Assembly: GCA_044508445.1 (NCBI GenBank)
Contig: JBIQHQ010000003.1
Location: 37,696 to 101,695 of the forward strand
DNA from: Deinococcaceae bacterium
GTDB lineage: Bacteria > Deinococcota > Deinococci > Deinococcales > Trueperaceae
Direction of reading: 5' to 3'
DNA: 64,000 bases
Shown here: piece by piece, positions 46,043 through 56,640 of the stretch
How positions within the stretch are numbered: the first letter of the stretch is position 1
Layout of the letters: every line of letters starts with the position of its first letter
Notes under the pieces: model-generated
The model's input: the letters and a program-made list of their open reading frames with translations, nothing else
The model's database searches: none
Told to the model about the DNA's origin: nothing
Translations under genes and position numbers: made by a program

Positions 46043-47216
46043 CCACGACCCTCCGTCCGAAGAACCGGTTCTGCAGCAGCGTGAGGATGAGGATGATCAC
46101 GAAGAGGATCACCGACTGCGCCGCCGCCAGGCTGAAGTCGTTGAGCCCGTAGAAGGTGTCGAATATCACGATCGAGGCCGTGTCCACGGCGTCCCGCGTG
46201 GCCGGCGAGCGCATGACGTAGATGTGGGTGAAGGCCTGGAACGTGCCTATGAAGCCGAGCACGGTCAGGTAGAAGGTCACGGGGGAGAGCAGCGGCACGG
46301 TGACGTGCCTGAACTGCTGCAGCCGCGTGGCGCCGTCTATGGCCGCGGCCTCGTAGAGCTGCTTGGGGATGTTGCCCAGGCCGGCGAGGAAGATCACGGC
46401 GTTGTAGCCCGTGTACGTCCACACGCCGAAGATGATGACGGTGACCAGCGCCAGCGAAGGGCCGGCCCAGAAGCCCGAGGGGTGCACGCCGACCTTGTCG
46501 AGCAGGCCGCCGAAGAGCACCTCGGTGATGGGCCGGGTCTCGAACAGCCACTGCTGGGGCGGGAGCCCCAGCCACTCGAGCAGCGTGTTGGCGGGCCGCT
46601 CCGGACGCGGGCTGAAGATGCTGCGGAACACCGCGGCGGCCGCGACGGCCGGCGTGACGTAGGGCAGGAAGTAGAGCATGCGGAAGAGCTCCTGGCCGCG
46701 CAGGTTCTGGAACAGCAGGGTGGCGATGACCAGGGCCAGGACGATCTGCACGGGCACGGAGCCGAAGCCGTAGTACACGGTGCGGGTCAGCCCCGCCAGG
46801 AACCGGCGGTCCCCCTCGGCGGTCATCAGCCGCCAGCCCAGCGACACCGCGACGCCGGAGCCGAGCAGCACCAGCGCGCCCAGCAGCCGGCCGACCAGGG
46901 GCACCGTGCCCTCGTCCCTCCTGAAGGCGTCGGCCCACAGCCAGTGGGCGGCCAGGACCAGCAGCAGGCCGCCGAAGAACGCCAGGGCGCCCCACCAGTC
47001 GCCCAGCACGTCGGTGTAGTTCGCGAGGCCGATGAAGGCGCCCTTGCGGATGCGCCAGCGGTGCAGGCTCATGTAGATGGCGTAGCCGATGGGGAAGATG
47101 CCGAAGAGGCCGATGATCAGCGCCGCCGGCAGCACGAAGAGGTAGCCGGTCAGCCACTCGCGGCGCCTGAAGGCCGAGACGCGCGGCCTACGGGTGCCCG
47201 TGGTGCCCGCGCCCAT
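46035..47216 (-). CDS. carbohydrate ABC transporter permease (MalF-like)
   Basis: EAA loop QLYEAAAIDGATRLQQFRHVTVPLLSP. It overlaps the downstream permease by 8 nt. Confidence 0.9.
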   Translation of the reverse strand: MGAGTTGTRRPRVSAFRRREWLTGYLFVLPAALIIGLFGIFPIGYAIYMSLHRWRIRKGAFIGLANYTDVLGDWWGALAFFGGLLLVLAAHWLWADAFRRDEGTVPLVGRLLGALVLLGSGVAVSLGWRLMTAEGDRRFLAGLTRTVYYGFGSVPVQIVLALVIATLLFQNLRGQELFRMLYFLPYVTPAVAAAAVFRSIFSPRPERPANTLLEWLGLPPQQWLFETRPITEVLFGGLLDKVGVHPSGFWAGPSLALVTVIIFGVWTYTGYNAVIFLAGLGNIPKQLYEAAAIDGATRLQQFRHVTVPLLSPVTFYLTVLGFIGTFQAFTHIYVMRSPATRDAVDTASIVIFDTFYGLNDFSLAAAQSVILFVIILILTLLQNRFFGRRVVGV

Positions 47217-47391
47217 GCGCTAGCCATGCCCCGGACCGCCGGAGCGGCCCAGGGGCTGGGGACAGCCTGGCGTCATGGCAGCTTCGGCGGGCCTGCCGCG
47301 GCCGAGTCTGGGCTGGGTCGAGGCACGGGACCATCATAGCCGCGCCGCGGTGAGCCCCGGTCGGCCCAGCGCGGGACCTATAGCATGCGTC

Positions 47392-48399
47392 GTGCGCAGC
47401 GCCAGCTACGTCGCAGACGTCGTCGCCGGGCTCGAGGACCTGGCCGCCGCCGAGCTGAGGCGGCTCGGCGCCACCTCCGTCGCGCCGGGGCGAGGCGAGG
47501 TCCGCTTCGGCCACGCCGACGTGCACCGCGTGCTGGGGCGCTCGCGGCTGTCCTCCGCCGTCTACGCGGCGCTGACCTTCGCCGTGCCGCGGCCCCGGGC
47601 CCTGCTCGGCGACGCGGCGTTCCGCCGGCTCGCCGGCGCGACGCGGGAGGTCGCGACGGCGGCGGGCATGCGCAGCTTCAGGCTCGCCGCCGCCGGCGTC
47701 GACTCGCCGGCCTTCAGGCGCCTCGCCGACGCCCTGGCCGCCGCCACGGGCCTCGTCCACGACCCCGCGGAGGGCGAGCTGCTGGCGCGCTTCCGCCGCG
47801 CCGGTGAGGGCTGGGAGGCCCTGCTGCGCCTCACGCCGCGGCCTCTCTCGGCCCGCCCCTGGCGCGTGTGCAACATGCCCGGGGGCGCCAACGCCACGGT
47901 AGCGGCGGCGCTGGCCGACCTGGCGGGCGCTCGCGGCTCCTACCTGAACCTGATGTGCGGCTCGGGCACGCTGCTGGTGGAGCGGGCGCTGGCCGGCCCC
48001 GGCGGGCTCCTGGTGGGCGTGGACGTGTCGTCGGCGGCCGTGGACTGCGCGCGGCGCAACCTGGCGGCGGCCGGGGTGCGGGGGGCCGAGCTGGTCGTCG
48101 ACGACGTGTCGCGGCCCGGCTTCGCCGTACCCGGGGCCTTCGACGTCGTGGCCGCCGACGCCCCGTGGGGCGACGCCGTCGGCGACCACGCCGCCAACGA
48201 GGCGCTCTACAGGGCGCTCCTCGCCGCCGCCCGCCGCCACCTGGCGCCGGGCGGGCGCTTCGCCCTGCTCAGCCACGAGGTCAGGCTCGTCGAGAGGCTC
48301 CTGCGGGAGGGCGGTTGGCGCCCGGTGGAGGCCAGGCGCGTGGAGCACGGCGGGCACAGGCCGCTGCTGCTGGTGCTGGAGGACGCGGGCGGCGCCTGA
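47392..48399 (+). CDS. THUMP-domain class I SAM-dependent RNA (m2G-type) methyltransferase
   Basis: LMCGSGTLLVE (SAM motif I) and VAADAPWG (DPPY-like motif IV) after a THUMP-like N-terminal half. Start set at GTG 47392 (5 nt after TAGCAT); the track start 47275 is less likely. Confidence 0.7.
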   Translation: MRSASYVADVVAGLEDLAAAELRRLGATSVAPGRGEVRFGHADVHRVLGRSRLSSAVYAALTFAVPRPRALLGDAAFRRLAGATREVATAAGMRSFRLAAAGVDSPAFRRLADALAAATGLVHDPAEGELLARFRRAGEGWEALLRLTPRPLSARPWRVCNMPGGANATVAAALADLAGARGSYLNLMCGSGTLLVERALAGPGGLLVGVDVSSAAVDCARRNLAAAGVRGAELVVDDVSRPGFAVPGAFDVVAADAPWGDAVGDHAANEALYRALLAAARRHLAPGGRFALLSHEVRLVERLLREGGWRPVEARRVEHGGHRPLLLVLEDAGGA

Positions 48400-48424
48400 C
48401 CGGGGCGCGGGCCACGCGCCCCGG
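48400..48424 (+). terminator. perfect 10-bp-stem GC hairpin immediately after the THUMP methyltransferase stop
   Basis: ccggggcgcg / ggcca / cgcgccccgg. There is no U tract, so the function as a terminator is uncertain. Confidence 0.4.
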
Positions 48425-48485
48425 CGGGCACGGGCCCCGGCGGGCGGCGAGGAGCCCCTCTCCTCGGCCGCGGCGCGGCCTGAGC

Positions 48486-48491
48486 TACACT
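48486..48491 (+). promoter_or_regulatory. -10-like hexamer TACACT, 6 nt upstream of GTG 48498
   Basis: gcTACACTccgcgcGTG. Confidence 0.5.
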
Positions 48492-48497
48492 CCGCGC

Positions 48498-49232
48498 GTG
48501 CGCAGGGTCAAGCCCGGCTGGTACGTGCTCGGGGCCGTCACCGTCTACGCCGTGGTCGTGTCCATCCTGCTCTTCTCCCGGACCGCCGCGCCGGCGAGCG
48601 CCGCGACCGCGGAGACCGCCTCGCCGCCGTCGCCGGGGGCGACGGTCCGGGGCGCCGCTACGGCCTCCGGTCCGGCAGGGCTGTGGTTCCCCATACCGGG
48701 CGCCAGGCTGCCCGGCAGCGACGCGAACCTGCCGGGCGCGCCCCGCCCCTACAGGTCCGGGGTCAGCCAGGGCTTCGACTTCGTCGACGGCGACCTCGAC
48801 GTGCCCGTCCCCTACGGCGCCGCCGTCATCGCCTCCGCGGCCGGCCAGGTCATCAGGGCCGACGTCGGCTACGTGGAGCTGAGCCGCGACAGGTGGGAGG
48901 CGTTGCTGGACGACGTGGCCGACGGAACCACGGAGGAGGAGCTCGACGAGCTGCGGGGCCGCCAGGTGTGGATCCAGACCGAGGACGGCACGGTGCTGCG
49001 CTACGGGCACCTGTCGCGTGTGGCCAGCGGCGTGAGCGTCGGGCGCACTGTGTATCGTGGCCAGGTGGTCGGCTACGTGGGGAACTCCGGCACCGACGCC
49101 GGGGTGGCGGGCGGCCGCGACCGCCCCCGGCTGCGCTTCGAGGTGTGGCCGTCCGAGGGCGAGTACTTCGGCCAGGGCCTGACAGCCGAGCAGGTCAGGC
49201 TCGAGGCGGCGTCGCTGTTCGTGGGCCCATGA
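48498..49232 (+). CDS. membrane-anchored degenerate LytM/M23-domain protein (catalytic His residues missing)
   Basis: N-terminal TM segment WYVLGAVTVYAVVVSILLF. M23 fold with RYGHLSRV...GQVVGYVGNSG, but HxxxD reads SQGFD and HLHFE reads RLRFE. GTG 48498 lies 6 nt after TACACT. Confidence 0.75.
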   Translation: MRRVKPGWYVLGAVTVYAVVVSILLFSRTAAPASAATAETASPPSPGATVRGAATASGPAGLWFPIPGARLPGSDANLPGAPRPYRSGVSQGFDFVDGDLDVPVPYGAAVIASAAGQVIRADVGYVELSRDRWEALLDDVADGTTEEELDELRGRQVWIQTEDGTVLRYGHLSRVASGVSVGRTVYRGQVVGYVGNSGTDAGVAGGRDRPRLRFEVWPSEGEYFGQGLTAEQVRLEAASLFVGP

Positions 49233-50473
49233 GGCAGGCAGGCGTCGCCCCGGACCCGCGCCCGGCCGAGGAGCAGCTCCCGGCGCTCAGGTGGGCGTGG
49301 CGCCACCCGTGGGTGCGCGCCGTCGTCTACGTCCTCGTCATCGTCTTCGTCCTCTACGTCCTGTGGCGCGCCAGGGCCGGCTACATGTTCGCGCTGCAGG
49401 TGGGGCTCTTCGGGTTCCTGCTCGCCTACATACTGAACCCGCTCGTCAACCTGCTCATGCGCCTGCGCCTCAACCGCGGCTGGTCGGTGCTCGTCACCTA
49501 CGTGCTGCTGGGCGGCCTCGTGGCGCTGGGCTCGATGCTGATAGCCCAGGTGGTGACGGAGGCGGCCAACTTCGTGAACCTGCTCCCCGACGCGTTCGAG
49601 AGCCTGTCGCGCATCGTGGCCGAGGTGCAGGGGCGCGTGCTCACGTGGCTCGACAGGATCCCCTTCTTCCTCTCCGACGGGCTCGAGAACGTTGACCCCA
49701 ACGGCATCCTCGGCACCGAGATCAGGGACCGCGTCATCGCCGCCCTGCAGCAGCTCGGCAGCGACTTCGCCAAGCTCATGGAGAGCTTCCTCAGCCGCGG
49801 GCCGGGCCTGCTCTACACCGGCGCCACCCTGGTGATCTCCACGGGCCTGCAGATCGTGCTGGTGGTGCTGGCCAGCGTCTACTTCCTCTACGACTACCCG
49901 CGCTTCACCGCCCAGTTCAGGCGCCTGGTGCCGACGCGCTACCACGGCATCGTGGCCGAGGTGAGCGAGAAGGCGGACACGGCCGTGGGCGGCTACCTCA
50001 GGGGCCAGCTCCTCATCACGGCCATGGTGGGCGTGACCATCTGGATCGGCCTGACGATCCTCGGCGTGCCCTTGGCGACGGCCATCGCCTTCCTCGCGGC
50101 CGTGTTCAACCTCGTGCCGTACCTGGGGCCCGTGATCGGCGCCGTGCCGGCCGTGCTGCTCGCCCTCACGGTGAGCCCCCTCACCGCCCTGCTCGCGATC
50201 GGGGTCTTCGTCGTCGCCAACCAGCTCGAGGGCAACCTGCTCTCGCCGCTGGTCCTCTCGCGCTCCACGAACCTCCACCCGGTGACGGTGCTGCTGGCGA
50301 TCATGGCCGGCCTGGGGATGTTCGGGCTCGTGGGCGCGCTGCTGGCCGTGCCCACCGTGGCGTTCGCGAAGGTCGTGCTCGAGGACTACGTGCTGAGCCG
50401 GCGCGAGTTCGTGTCCGTGCCGCCCGACGTGGACCCCGAGGACCTCGACGAGGAGGACATCCCGGCGGGCTGA
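49229..50473 (+). CDS. AI-2E family transporter (PerM/TqsA-like permease)
   Basis: Multi-TM protein with FNLVPYLGPVIGAVPAVLLAL...ANQLEGNLLSP. The ATG overlaps the upstream stop (ATGA). Confidence 0.85.
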   Translation: MRQAGVAPDPRPAEEQLPALRWAWRHPWVRAVVYVLVIVFVLYVLWRARAGYMFALQVGLFGFLLAYILNPLVNLLMRLRLNRGWSVLVTYVLLGGLVALGSMLIAQVVTEAANFVNLLPDAFESLSRIVAEVQGRVLTWLDRIPFFLSDGLENVDPNGILGTEIRDRVIAALQQLGSDFAKLMESFLSRGPGLLYTGATLVISTGLQIVLVVLASVYFLYDYPRFTAQFRRLVPTRYHGIVAEVSEKADTAVGGYLRGQLLITAMVGVTIWIGLTILGVPLATAIAFLAAVFNLVPYLGPVIGAVPAVLLALTVSPLTALLAIGVFVVANQLEGNLLSPLVLSRSTNLHPVTVLLAIMAGLGMFGLVGALLAVPTVAFAKVVLEDYVLSRREFVSVPPDVDPEDLDEEDIPAG

Positions 50474-50548
50474 GGGCGCGTCGTCGGGGCGCGCGGGACG
50501 CCGCGACGCGCGCCGACCCGCGCTCGCCGGGCCCGTCGGCGCGCCCCG

Positions 50549-52912
50549 TCAAGACGCGTGCGGCGAGCGGCTGCGCTGCTTGCGGAAGTACATGAGGTCG
50601 TCGGCGCGGCGCAGCAGGGTCTCCGGGTCGTGCCCGTCGGTGGGGTAGGAGGCCACCCCCACCGAGGCCGACAGGCTCACGCCGTGCACCTCGATGCGAG
50701 AGACGAGCTCCGCGAACCTCTCGGCGGCCGCCTGGGCCTCCTCCGGACGCACCTCGGGCAGCAGTAGCACGAACTCGTCGCCGGCCCAGCGGAAGGCGTG
50801 GTCCGACGACCTCAGGTGCCGCGTCAGCCCCTCCGCCACGGCGACCAGCGCGGCGTCGCCGGCGGCGTGGCCGAAGCGGTCGTTGATCTGCTTGAAGTTG
50901 TCGAGGTCGACCATCACGAGGTTCAGCGGGTGGCCGTAGCGCTCGGCGCGGGCCAGCTCCGCCTGGAGCCGGCGCTGGAAGCCCTCCCTGTTGCCCAGGC
51001 GCGTGAGGCCGTCGGTGACGAGGCTCTCCTCGAGGCGCCGCACCTGCTCGACCTGCCTCACGATCACGGCGATGTGCTGCGCGAAGGCCTCGGCGATGCG
51101 CAGCGAGTTCGAGCTGAAGGCGGCCTCGCTGGAGAAGTTGTCGACGTTGAGGAGCGCCACGACCTCGGAGCCCTCGGTGATGGGGATGACGATGTTCGCC
51201 TTGATGTCGCCCACGCGGGCGGCGGCGAGGTTCGCCGGCGACCTCTCCCCGGAGCTGGCGATCGAGAAGCGGAGCACGTCGGCGCCGCGGGCGATGCGCC
51301 CGATGCCGCGCCTGAAGTCGGCCTCCGCGCCCGCGTACCACCTGAGCTGCTCGGCCAGCGTGAAGGGCCCGGCGCCCTCCTTGATGGCGTCCAGGTCGTA
51401 GCCCACGGCCGCCTCGAAGCGGAACAGGTCGCCGTCGCGCACCAGTACGCTGGCCGCCTCGGCCCCGATGATCAGGTCCACGGCCGCCTCGGCGGCGCGC
51501 TGGAACAGCGTGCTGGGCGCCTCGGCCCGGGCGAGCTGGCCGATGACGTCGAGGGTGGCGAAGAGCTGCCTGTTCAGCACCACTCGGCTCAGCGCCGCGC
51601 CCAGCGCCTCGGCCGCGCGGCTCACGAGCGTGAGCTGGCGCTCGCTGAGGGGTTTGGGGCGCCCGAGGCTGACGAGCCCCAGCAGGTACCTCACGTGGCC
51701 GCCGCCGTTGTGCAGGGGGGAGAGCACGACGGTCCTCAGGCCGCTCTCGCCCCCCAGCCACGCGGGGTCGTCCCCCGTGCCGTGCCCGTCCCTCATGTCG
51801 GGCACGTGGACCTGGCGGCCGTGCAGCCACGTGTCCTCGATGAGGCCCGAGAACTCGAGGCCGGCGTCGGCGCGGCTGGCCAGTACGGGCGGCAGCGTGC
51901 CCACGCGCACCAGCGGGCGCACGCGGGCCTGCCTCAGCTCCAGGACGCCGCCGGCGTCGAGCCCGAGGAACCGCACCAGGTCGGTGATGGCGGTGCCAGC
52001 CGCCTGCTTGGCGTCGTCGGCGTGCAGCAGCGCGTGCGAGAGCCGGGCCATGAACTCCTGTTCGCGTCGCTCGCCCTCGAGCTCGGCCCTGGCGTCGAGG
52101 CGCTCGAGGACCTCGGCCACGATGCGCGTGAAGGCCCTGAGCGTGTCGTGGTCGTCGCCGGAGAAGGCGTCGGGCGACGTGTGCTCCAGGTTGATGACGG
52201 CCCGCACCTCGCCGCGCACCTTCACCGGCAGCGCCAGCTCGGAGCGCGTCGGCACGGCGCCGGGGGCCACGACGAACTCGGAGTCGCGCGCCGTGTCGGG
52301 CACGTACTGCGGCTCGCCGGTGCGGTAGGCGCGGCCCATCACCGACGTGAGGGGTACGCGGAAGCCGGGCTTGGCGTCCCAGCGCCAGGCCTTGGCGAGG
52401 GACAGGCCCTCGCCCTCCGGCACGAACAGCTCCGCGTGCGTGAACGTGAGGATGTCGGACAGGAGCCGCGGCGCGGCGGAGAAGAGGTGCGCGGCGTCGT
52501 CGGCCTGGTTCAGCTCCAGCGCCGCCTGCTGCAGCAGCCTGGCGCGTCGCTCGTTGTGACGCGCCCTGGCCTCGGACTCGCGCCAGACGCGGTGCATGCG
52601 GTCGCCCACGACGGTGGCCAGCAACATCGTCACGGTGAGCTCGGCGTAGGCGGCGGCGCCCAAGCCGTCGCCTCTGGCCGACGCGTCCACGCCCCAAACC
52701 AGCAGCAGCACGACGGGCACGAGGAACGCGGCCACGGCCCAGCCGAACCAGGCGGTGGCGGCCATGAAGGGCACGGCCAGCAGGAAGCCGTGCCACGGCC
52801 TGATCTCGCCCCCCGAGACGAGCAGCGAGACGACGGCGGTGGCGGCCAACCCCCAGAGGCCGAACGAGAGCACCGGCCCTAGGCCTCCGGTCCTGGAGCC
52901 CAAGCCCTTCAC
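50549..52912 (-). CDS. membrane-bound multi-GAF diguanylate cyclase (GGDEF domain, AGDEF variant)
   Basis: N-terminal TM segments and repeated GAF-like regions. C-terminal [12 protein letters not shown]...[20 protein letters not shown]...[17 protein letters not shown], with an RxxD I-site 5 residues before AGDEF. Confidence 0.85.
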   Translation of the reverse strand: MKGLGSRTGGLGPVLSFGLWGLAATAVVSLLVSGGEIRPWHGFLLAVPFMAATAWFGWAVAAFLVPVVLLLVWGVDASARGDGLGAAAYAELTVTMLLATVVGDRMHRVWRESEARARHNERRARLLQQAALELNQADDAAHLFSAAPRLLSDILTFTHAELFVPEGEGLSLAKAWRWDAKPGFRVPLTSVMGRAYRTGEPQYVPDTARDSEFVVAPGAVPTRSELALPVKVRGEVRAVINLEHTSPDAFSGDDHDTLRAFTRIVAEVLERLDARAELEGERREQEFMARLSHALLHADDAKQAAGTAITDLVRFLGLDAGGVLELRQARVRPLVRVGTLPPVLASRADAGLEFSGLIEDTWLHGRQVHVPDMRDGHGTGDDPAWLGGESGLRTVVLSPLHNGGGHVRYLLGLVSLGRPKPLSERQLTLVSRAAEALGAALSRVVLNRQLFATLDVIGQLARAEAPSTLFQRAAEAAVDLIIGAEAASVLVRDGDLFRFEAAVGYDLDAIKEGAGPFTLAEQLRWYAGAEADFRRGIGRIARGADVLRFSIASSGERSPANLAAARVGDIKANIVIPITEGSEVVALLNVDNFSSEAAFSSNSLRIAEAFAQHIAVIVRQVEQVRRLEESLVTDGLTRLGNREGFQRRLQAELARAERYGHPLNLVMVDLDNFKQINDRFGHAAGDAALVAVAEGLTRHLRSSDHAFRWAGDEFVLLLPEVRPEEAQAAAERFAELVSRIEVHGVSLSASVGVASYPTDGHDPETLLRRADDLMYFRKQRSRSPHAS

Positions 52913-53004
52913 GGCCTAACGCTCATCCTCGTCACAGCTTCACATGCGGGCAGGTCGCGGCGAAGTGTACCAGTTCTCCCCTCGGGCCCCTCCCCCCGAG
53001 GCGG

Positions 53005-53010
53005 TAGACT
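53005..53010 (+). promoter_or_regulatory. -10-like hexamer TAGACT, 7 nt upstream of the ftsK GTG 53018
   Basis: cggTAGACTcggcgacGTG. Confidence 0.5.
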
Positions 53011-53017
53011 CGGCGAC

Positions 53018-56000
53018 GTGCGCAAGGGCCGACGGGAACGGCAACGTCAGGGCGAGAAGACGCCGGACATCGAGGCCCTGGGGCTGGTGCTCACCGCCGC
53101 CGGGCTGTTCCTCGTGGGCGTGCTGGTGCCCGCGATCCCGTCCGGCGAGCTGGGGCGGACGGTGCGCGCCGCCCTCACTGGCAACGTCGGCTGGGCCTCC
53201 TACTGCCTGGCCGTGCCCCCGCTGGTCCTGGGCGGCCTCTTCCTCCTGCGCCGCAACCCGTCCTGGTGGCCGCGCGTCCTGCTCGGCTACGTCGTGCTCG
53301 TCGCCGGCCTGTGGGGCGTCTCCGCCGGCGTGCGACCGGAGTCGGCGGGCGCCTGGGGCGCCAGGCTGCGGTCCGCGCTCGGTCCCACCTGGGGCGTCGT
53401 CGCCGTGGTGCCGGCCGTCGTGGTGGCGACGCTCGGCCACGACCTCCTGCGCGGTTGGCGGCCCTTCCTCACCCTCACCACGGCCCTGCGTGCCGCGGCG
53501 TCGGCCGTGCGCACCGCCTACGAGGGCGCCGCGCGGGCGCGGCGCAGCGCCAAGGAGCGCGCGGCCTTCCACGCCGACGCCGCGCTCGTGCGCAAGGGCC
53601 TCGCGGAGCTGGACAAGGACCTGCTGGCCCTCAGCGAGCTCTACCCCTCCAGCGCCGAGCTGGACAGGTGGCGCGCCGAGGTGCGGTCGGCCCACCGCGA
53701 GATGCGCGCGCCCACGCCGCAGGCGCTGCGCGACGCCAGGGCCGACCTGAAGGCGTGGCAGTCCGCCGTGGCCGACTTCGCCCGCGACCGCGCCGCCGAC
53801 CTCGGCGCCCACCTCGACGCCGAGGGAGCGCTGCCGCCCGAGCCGGGCCTGGGCACCTTCGAGGCCTGGTGCGCGGCCCTCAAGCAGGCGCTGGACGACC
53901 CGGTGACGGCGCCGGGCCAGGCCGCCCAGGCCCTCGACAGGCTGCGCAAGGCCCTGGCCCTCGACCTGACGGCGCTGATGGAGCGCAACAGGAAGCTGAC
54001 CCGCGAGCGCGACCTCGACCGCCGCTCGCTCAAGGGCATGGCGCCGCGTCGCCTCGTGGAGGCTTCAGCAGCTCACGCCCGCCGCGTGGAGGCGCTCAGG
54101 GAGCTGGAGCGCGAGGCCGACAGGCTGGGCCTCGACGCCGAGGCCCTGGAGCCGTGGCGCGAGCTGGTGGCCGCCCTGGCCGAGGTGATGGAGGGCGAGC
54201 GCGTCGCCGAGGTGGACGACTACGACGCCACGCTCGCCGCCGAGCTGGACGCGAAGGGCCGCCAGGTCCTCGCCCAGCTCGACGGCTGGCGGGCCGCGTT
54301 GGCCGCGGTGGCCAAGCGCGCCGCTGCCGAGCGGGCCGCGCTGGCCGAGCGCGCCGCCGCGGAGGCGCGGGAGAGCGAGGCGTCGCCGGCGGCGGACGCC
54401 CTGGTCCCCGCGACCCTGGGCGCCGCGGGCCTCGACGGCCAGGGCGCCGGGTGGTCCGCCGAGCCCGACCTACCCTGGGACCCGCCGCCCGAGGCCGGCG
54501 TGGAGGAGGCTCTGCTCGACGACCTCGTGGCCGTGGGCGCGACGCCCCAGAGCGCGACGGCCTCGTCGCGACAGGAGCGGACGCGGCGGGCCGCGCCGCT
54601 CACGGTCGTGGCCTCCCAGGCCGACGAGGGGGAGGACGAGCCCGAGGCCCCGGCGCGGGAGCCCGTCGGCGCCATCGACATCCAGGTGCCGCCCGTCACG
54701 CTCCTCGACGACATGGAGGCCTCGCCGCAGGACCGCGAGCAGATGCTCCAGGAGCACCGCGCGCGCGTGCGGCAGATCGACGAGACGCTGGCGAACTTCA
54801 AGCTCGGCGGTCGCGTGGTGGCCGCCGTGCGCGGGCCCACCGTCACGCGCTTCGAGGTGGAGCCGGCGCCGGGCGAGAAGATCAGCCGCTTCGCGAACCT
54901 CTCGGACGACCTGGCGCTGGCGATGGCCGTGGGGTCGGTGCGCATCGAGGCGCCCATCCCGGGCAAGAGCGTGATAGGCCTCGAGGTGCCCAACGCGCAC
55001 CGCGAGCTGGTGCGCTTCCGCGAGGCCGTGGAGGCGCCCACCTACAGGCGCTCGAAGGCGCGTCTGCCGCTGGTGCTCGGCAAGTCCATAGACGGCGAGA
55101 TGGTCGTGGGCGACCTCGCCCGCATGCCGCACCTGCTCATCGCCGGCTCCACGGGCTCCGGCAAGTCGGTGGCGGTGAACGCGCTCATCGCCTCGCTGCT
55201 CTTCAGGTTCCTGCCCACCGAGCTGCGCTTCCTGATGATCGACCCCAAGATGGTCGAGCTGACGCCCTTCGACGGCGTCCCGCACCTGCTGAGGCCCGTC
55301 GTCACGAACCCCAAGGACGCCGCCGGGGTGCTCATAGGGGCCGTGACCCACATGGAGCGCCGCTACCAGATGATGTCGAAGATCGGCGCCAAGAACCTCG
55401 ACCAGTACAACGAGAAGGCGCGCAACCTCGACCTGCCGCCGATGCCCTTCATCGTCATCGTCATCGACGAGCTCGCCGACCTCATGATCACGAGCCCGAA
55501 GGAGGTCGAGTCGTCGATCATGCGCCTGGCGCAGATGGCGCGTGCCACGGGCATGCACCTGATACTCGCCACGCAGCGTCCGTCCGTGGACATCCTCACC
55601 AGCCTGATCAAGGTCAACGTGCCCGCCCGCATGGCGTTCGCGGTGTCGTCGAGCCACGACTCCCGCACGATCCTCGACGGCATGGGCGCCGAGCGGCTCA
55701 TAGGCCTGGGCGACATGCTCTTCTACCAGCCGGGCCTCGTGAAGGCGGTGCGCCTCCAGGGCCCGTTCGTGAGCGAGAACGAGATCGCCAGGCTCGCCGA
55801 GTTCCTGCGCCGCCAGTACTTCGACGACGACTTCGTGGAGGCCTACGGCGCCGACTTCGACCCGCCGCCCGCGGACGAGTCCACGGCCAGCGGCCTCATC
55901 GACTGGAACGACGACAAGCTCCGCGCCGCCGCCGAGCTCGTCATCAGCGAGGGCCAGGCCAGCGTCTCCCGCCTGCAGCGGCGTCTGTCGGTGGGCCACG

Positions 56001-56122
56001 CGCGCGCCGGCAAGCTCATGGACTCGCTCGAGGCCCTCGGCATCGTCGGGCCCCACACCGGCAGCAAGCCGCGCGAGGTGCTGGTGGCCATGGAGGAGCT
56101 GCCGGAGATCTTCGGGAAGTAG
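53018..56122 (+). CDS. ftsK: DNA translocase FtsK
   Basis: Four N-terminal TM segments and a long helical linker. Motor domain with [13 protein letters not shown] (Walker A) and [12 protein letters not shown] (Walker B). C-terminal gamma winged helix ([21 protein letters not shown]). Confidence 0.95.
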   Translation: MRKGRRERQRQGEKTPDIEALGLVLTAAGLFLVGVLVPAIPSGELGRTVRAALTGNVGWASYCLAVPPLVLGGLFLLRRNPSWWPRVLLGYVVLVAGLWGVSAGVRPESAGAWGARLRSALGPTWGVVAVVPAVVVATLGHDLLRGWRPFLTLTTALRAAASAVRTAYEGAARARRSAKERAAFHADAALVRKGLAELDKDLLALSELYPSSAELDRWRAEVRSAHREMRAPTPQALRDARADLKAWQSAVADFARDRAADLGAHLDAEGALPPEPGLGTFEAWCAALKQALDDPVTAPGQAAQALDRLRKALALDLTALMERNRKLTRERDLDRRSLKGMAPRRLVEASAAHARRVEALRELEREADRLGLDAEALEPWRELVAALAEVMEGERVAEVDDYDATLAAELDAKGRQVLAQLDGWRAALAAVAKRAAAERAALAERAAAEARESEASPAADALVPATLGAAGLDGQGAGWSAEPDLPWDPPPEAGVEEALLDDLVAVGATPQSATASSRQERTRRAAPLTVVASQADEGEDEPEAPAREPVGAIDIQVPPVTLLDDMEASPQDREQMLQEHRARVRQIDETLANFKLGGRVVAAVRGPTVTRFEVEPAPGEKISRFANLSDDLALAMAVGSVRIEAPIPGKSVIGLEVPNAHRELVRFREAVEAPTYRRSKARLPLVLGKSIDGEMVVGDLARMPHLLIAGSTGSGKSVAVNALIASLLFRFLPTELRFLMIDPKMVELTPFDGVPHLLRPVVTNPKDAAGVLIGAVTHMERRYQMMSKIGAKNLDQYNEKARNLDLPPMPFIVIVIDELADLMITSPKEVESSIMRLAQMARATGMHLILATQRPSVDILTSLIKVNVPARMAFAVSSSHDSRTILDGMGAERLIGLGDMLFYQPGLVKAVRLQGPFVSENEIARLAEFLRRQYFDDDFVEAYGADFDPPPADESTASGLIDWNDDKLRAAAELVISEGQASVSRLQRRLSVGHARAGKLMDSLEALGIVGPHTGSKPREVLVAMEELPEIFGK

Positions 56123-56202
56123 GGGGCCGTCCGCGCCGCGCTGAGGCTCCGGTGGGGACCCGCATCGCCGGGCGCCCTGCCCCTCCAGCCTCGCCCCGGC
56201 GG

Positions 56203-56640
56203 CTAGACCAGGAACCGCGGTCCCGGTCCGCCGCTCGCCGCCTGGTCGTCCGGGTTCACCAGCCAGCAGCGGTCGAGCGAGAGGCAGCCGCAGCCTATGC
56301 ACCCGGTCAACCTGTCGCGCAGGCCCTGCAGCGTGGCGATGCGCTCGTCGAGGCTGTGGCGCCAGGCCGTGGAGAGCTCCTGCCAGTCCGCCGCCGTGGG
56401 CGTGCGGTCGTCGGGCAGGCGCGAGAGGACCGAGGCGATCTCGGCCAGCGAGATGCCGCAGCGCTGCGCGGCTCGTATCACCGACACGCGGCGCACCGTG
56501 GCGCGCGGGTAGCGCCGCTGGTTGCCGGCGGTGCGCTCCGACCTGATGAGCCCGCGCTGCTCGTAGAAGCGCAGCGCCGAAGTGGCCACGCCGGTGCGGC
56601 GGGCCAGCTCGCCGATCGTGATGTGGCTGGGCAGGGCCAT
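56203..56640 (-). CDS. soxR: redox-sensitive MerR-family regulator SoxR
   Basis: The last 145 aa of the track ORF. HTH ITIGELARRTGVATSALRFYEQRGLI and [2Fe-2S] motif CIGCGCLSLDRC. Confidence 0.9.
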   Translation of the reverse strand: MALPSHITIGELARRTGVATSALRFYEQRGLIRSERTAGNQRRYPRATVRRVSVIRAAQRCGISLAEIASVLSRLPDDRTPTAADWQELSTAWRHSLDERIATLQGLRDRLTGCIGCGCLSLDRCWLVNPDDQAASGGPGPRFLV

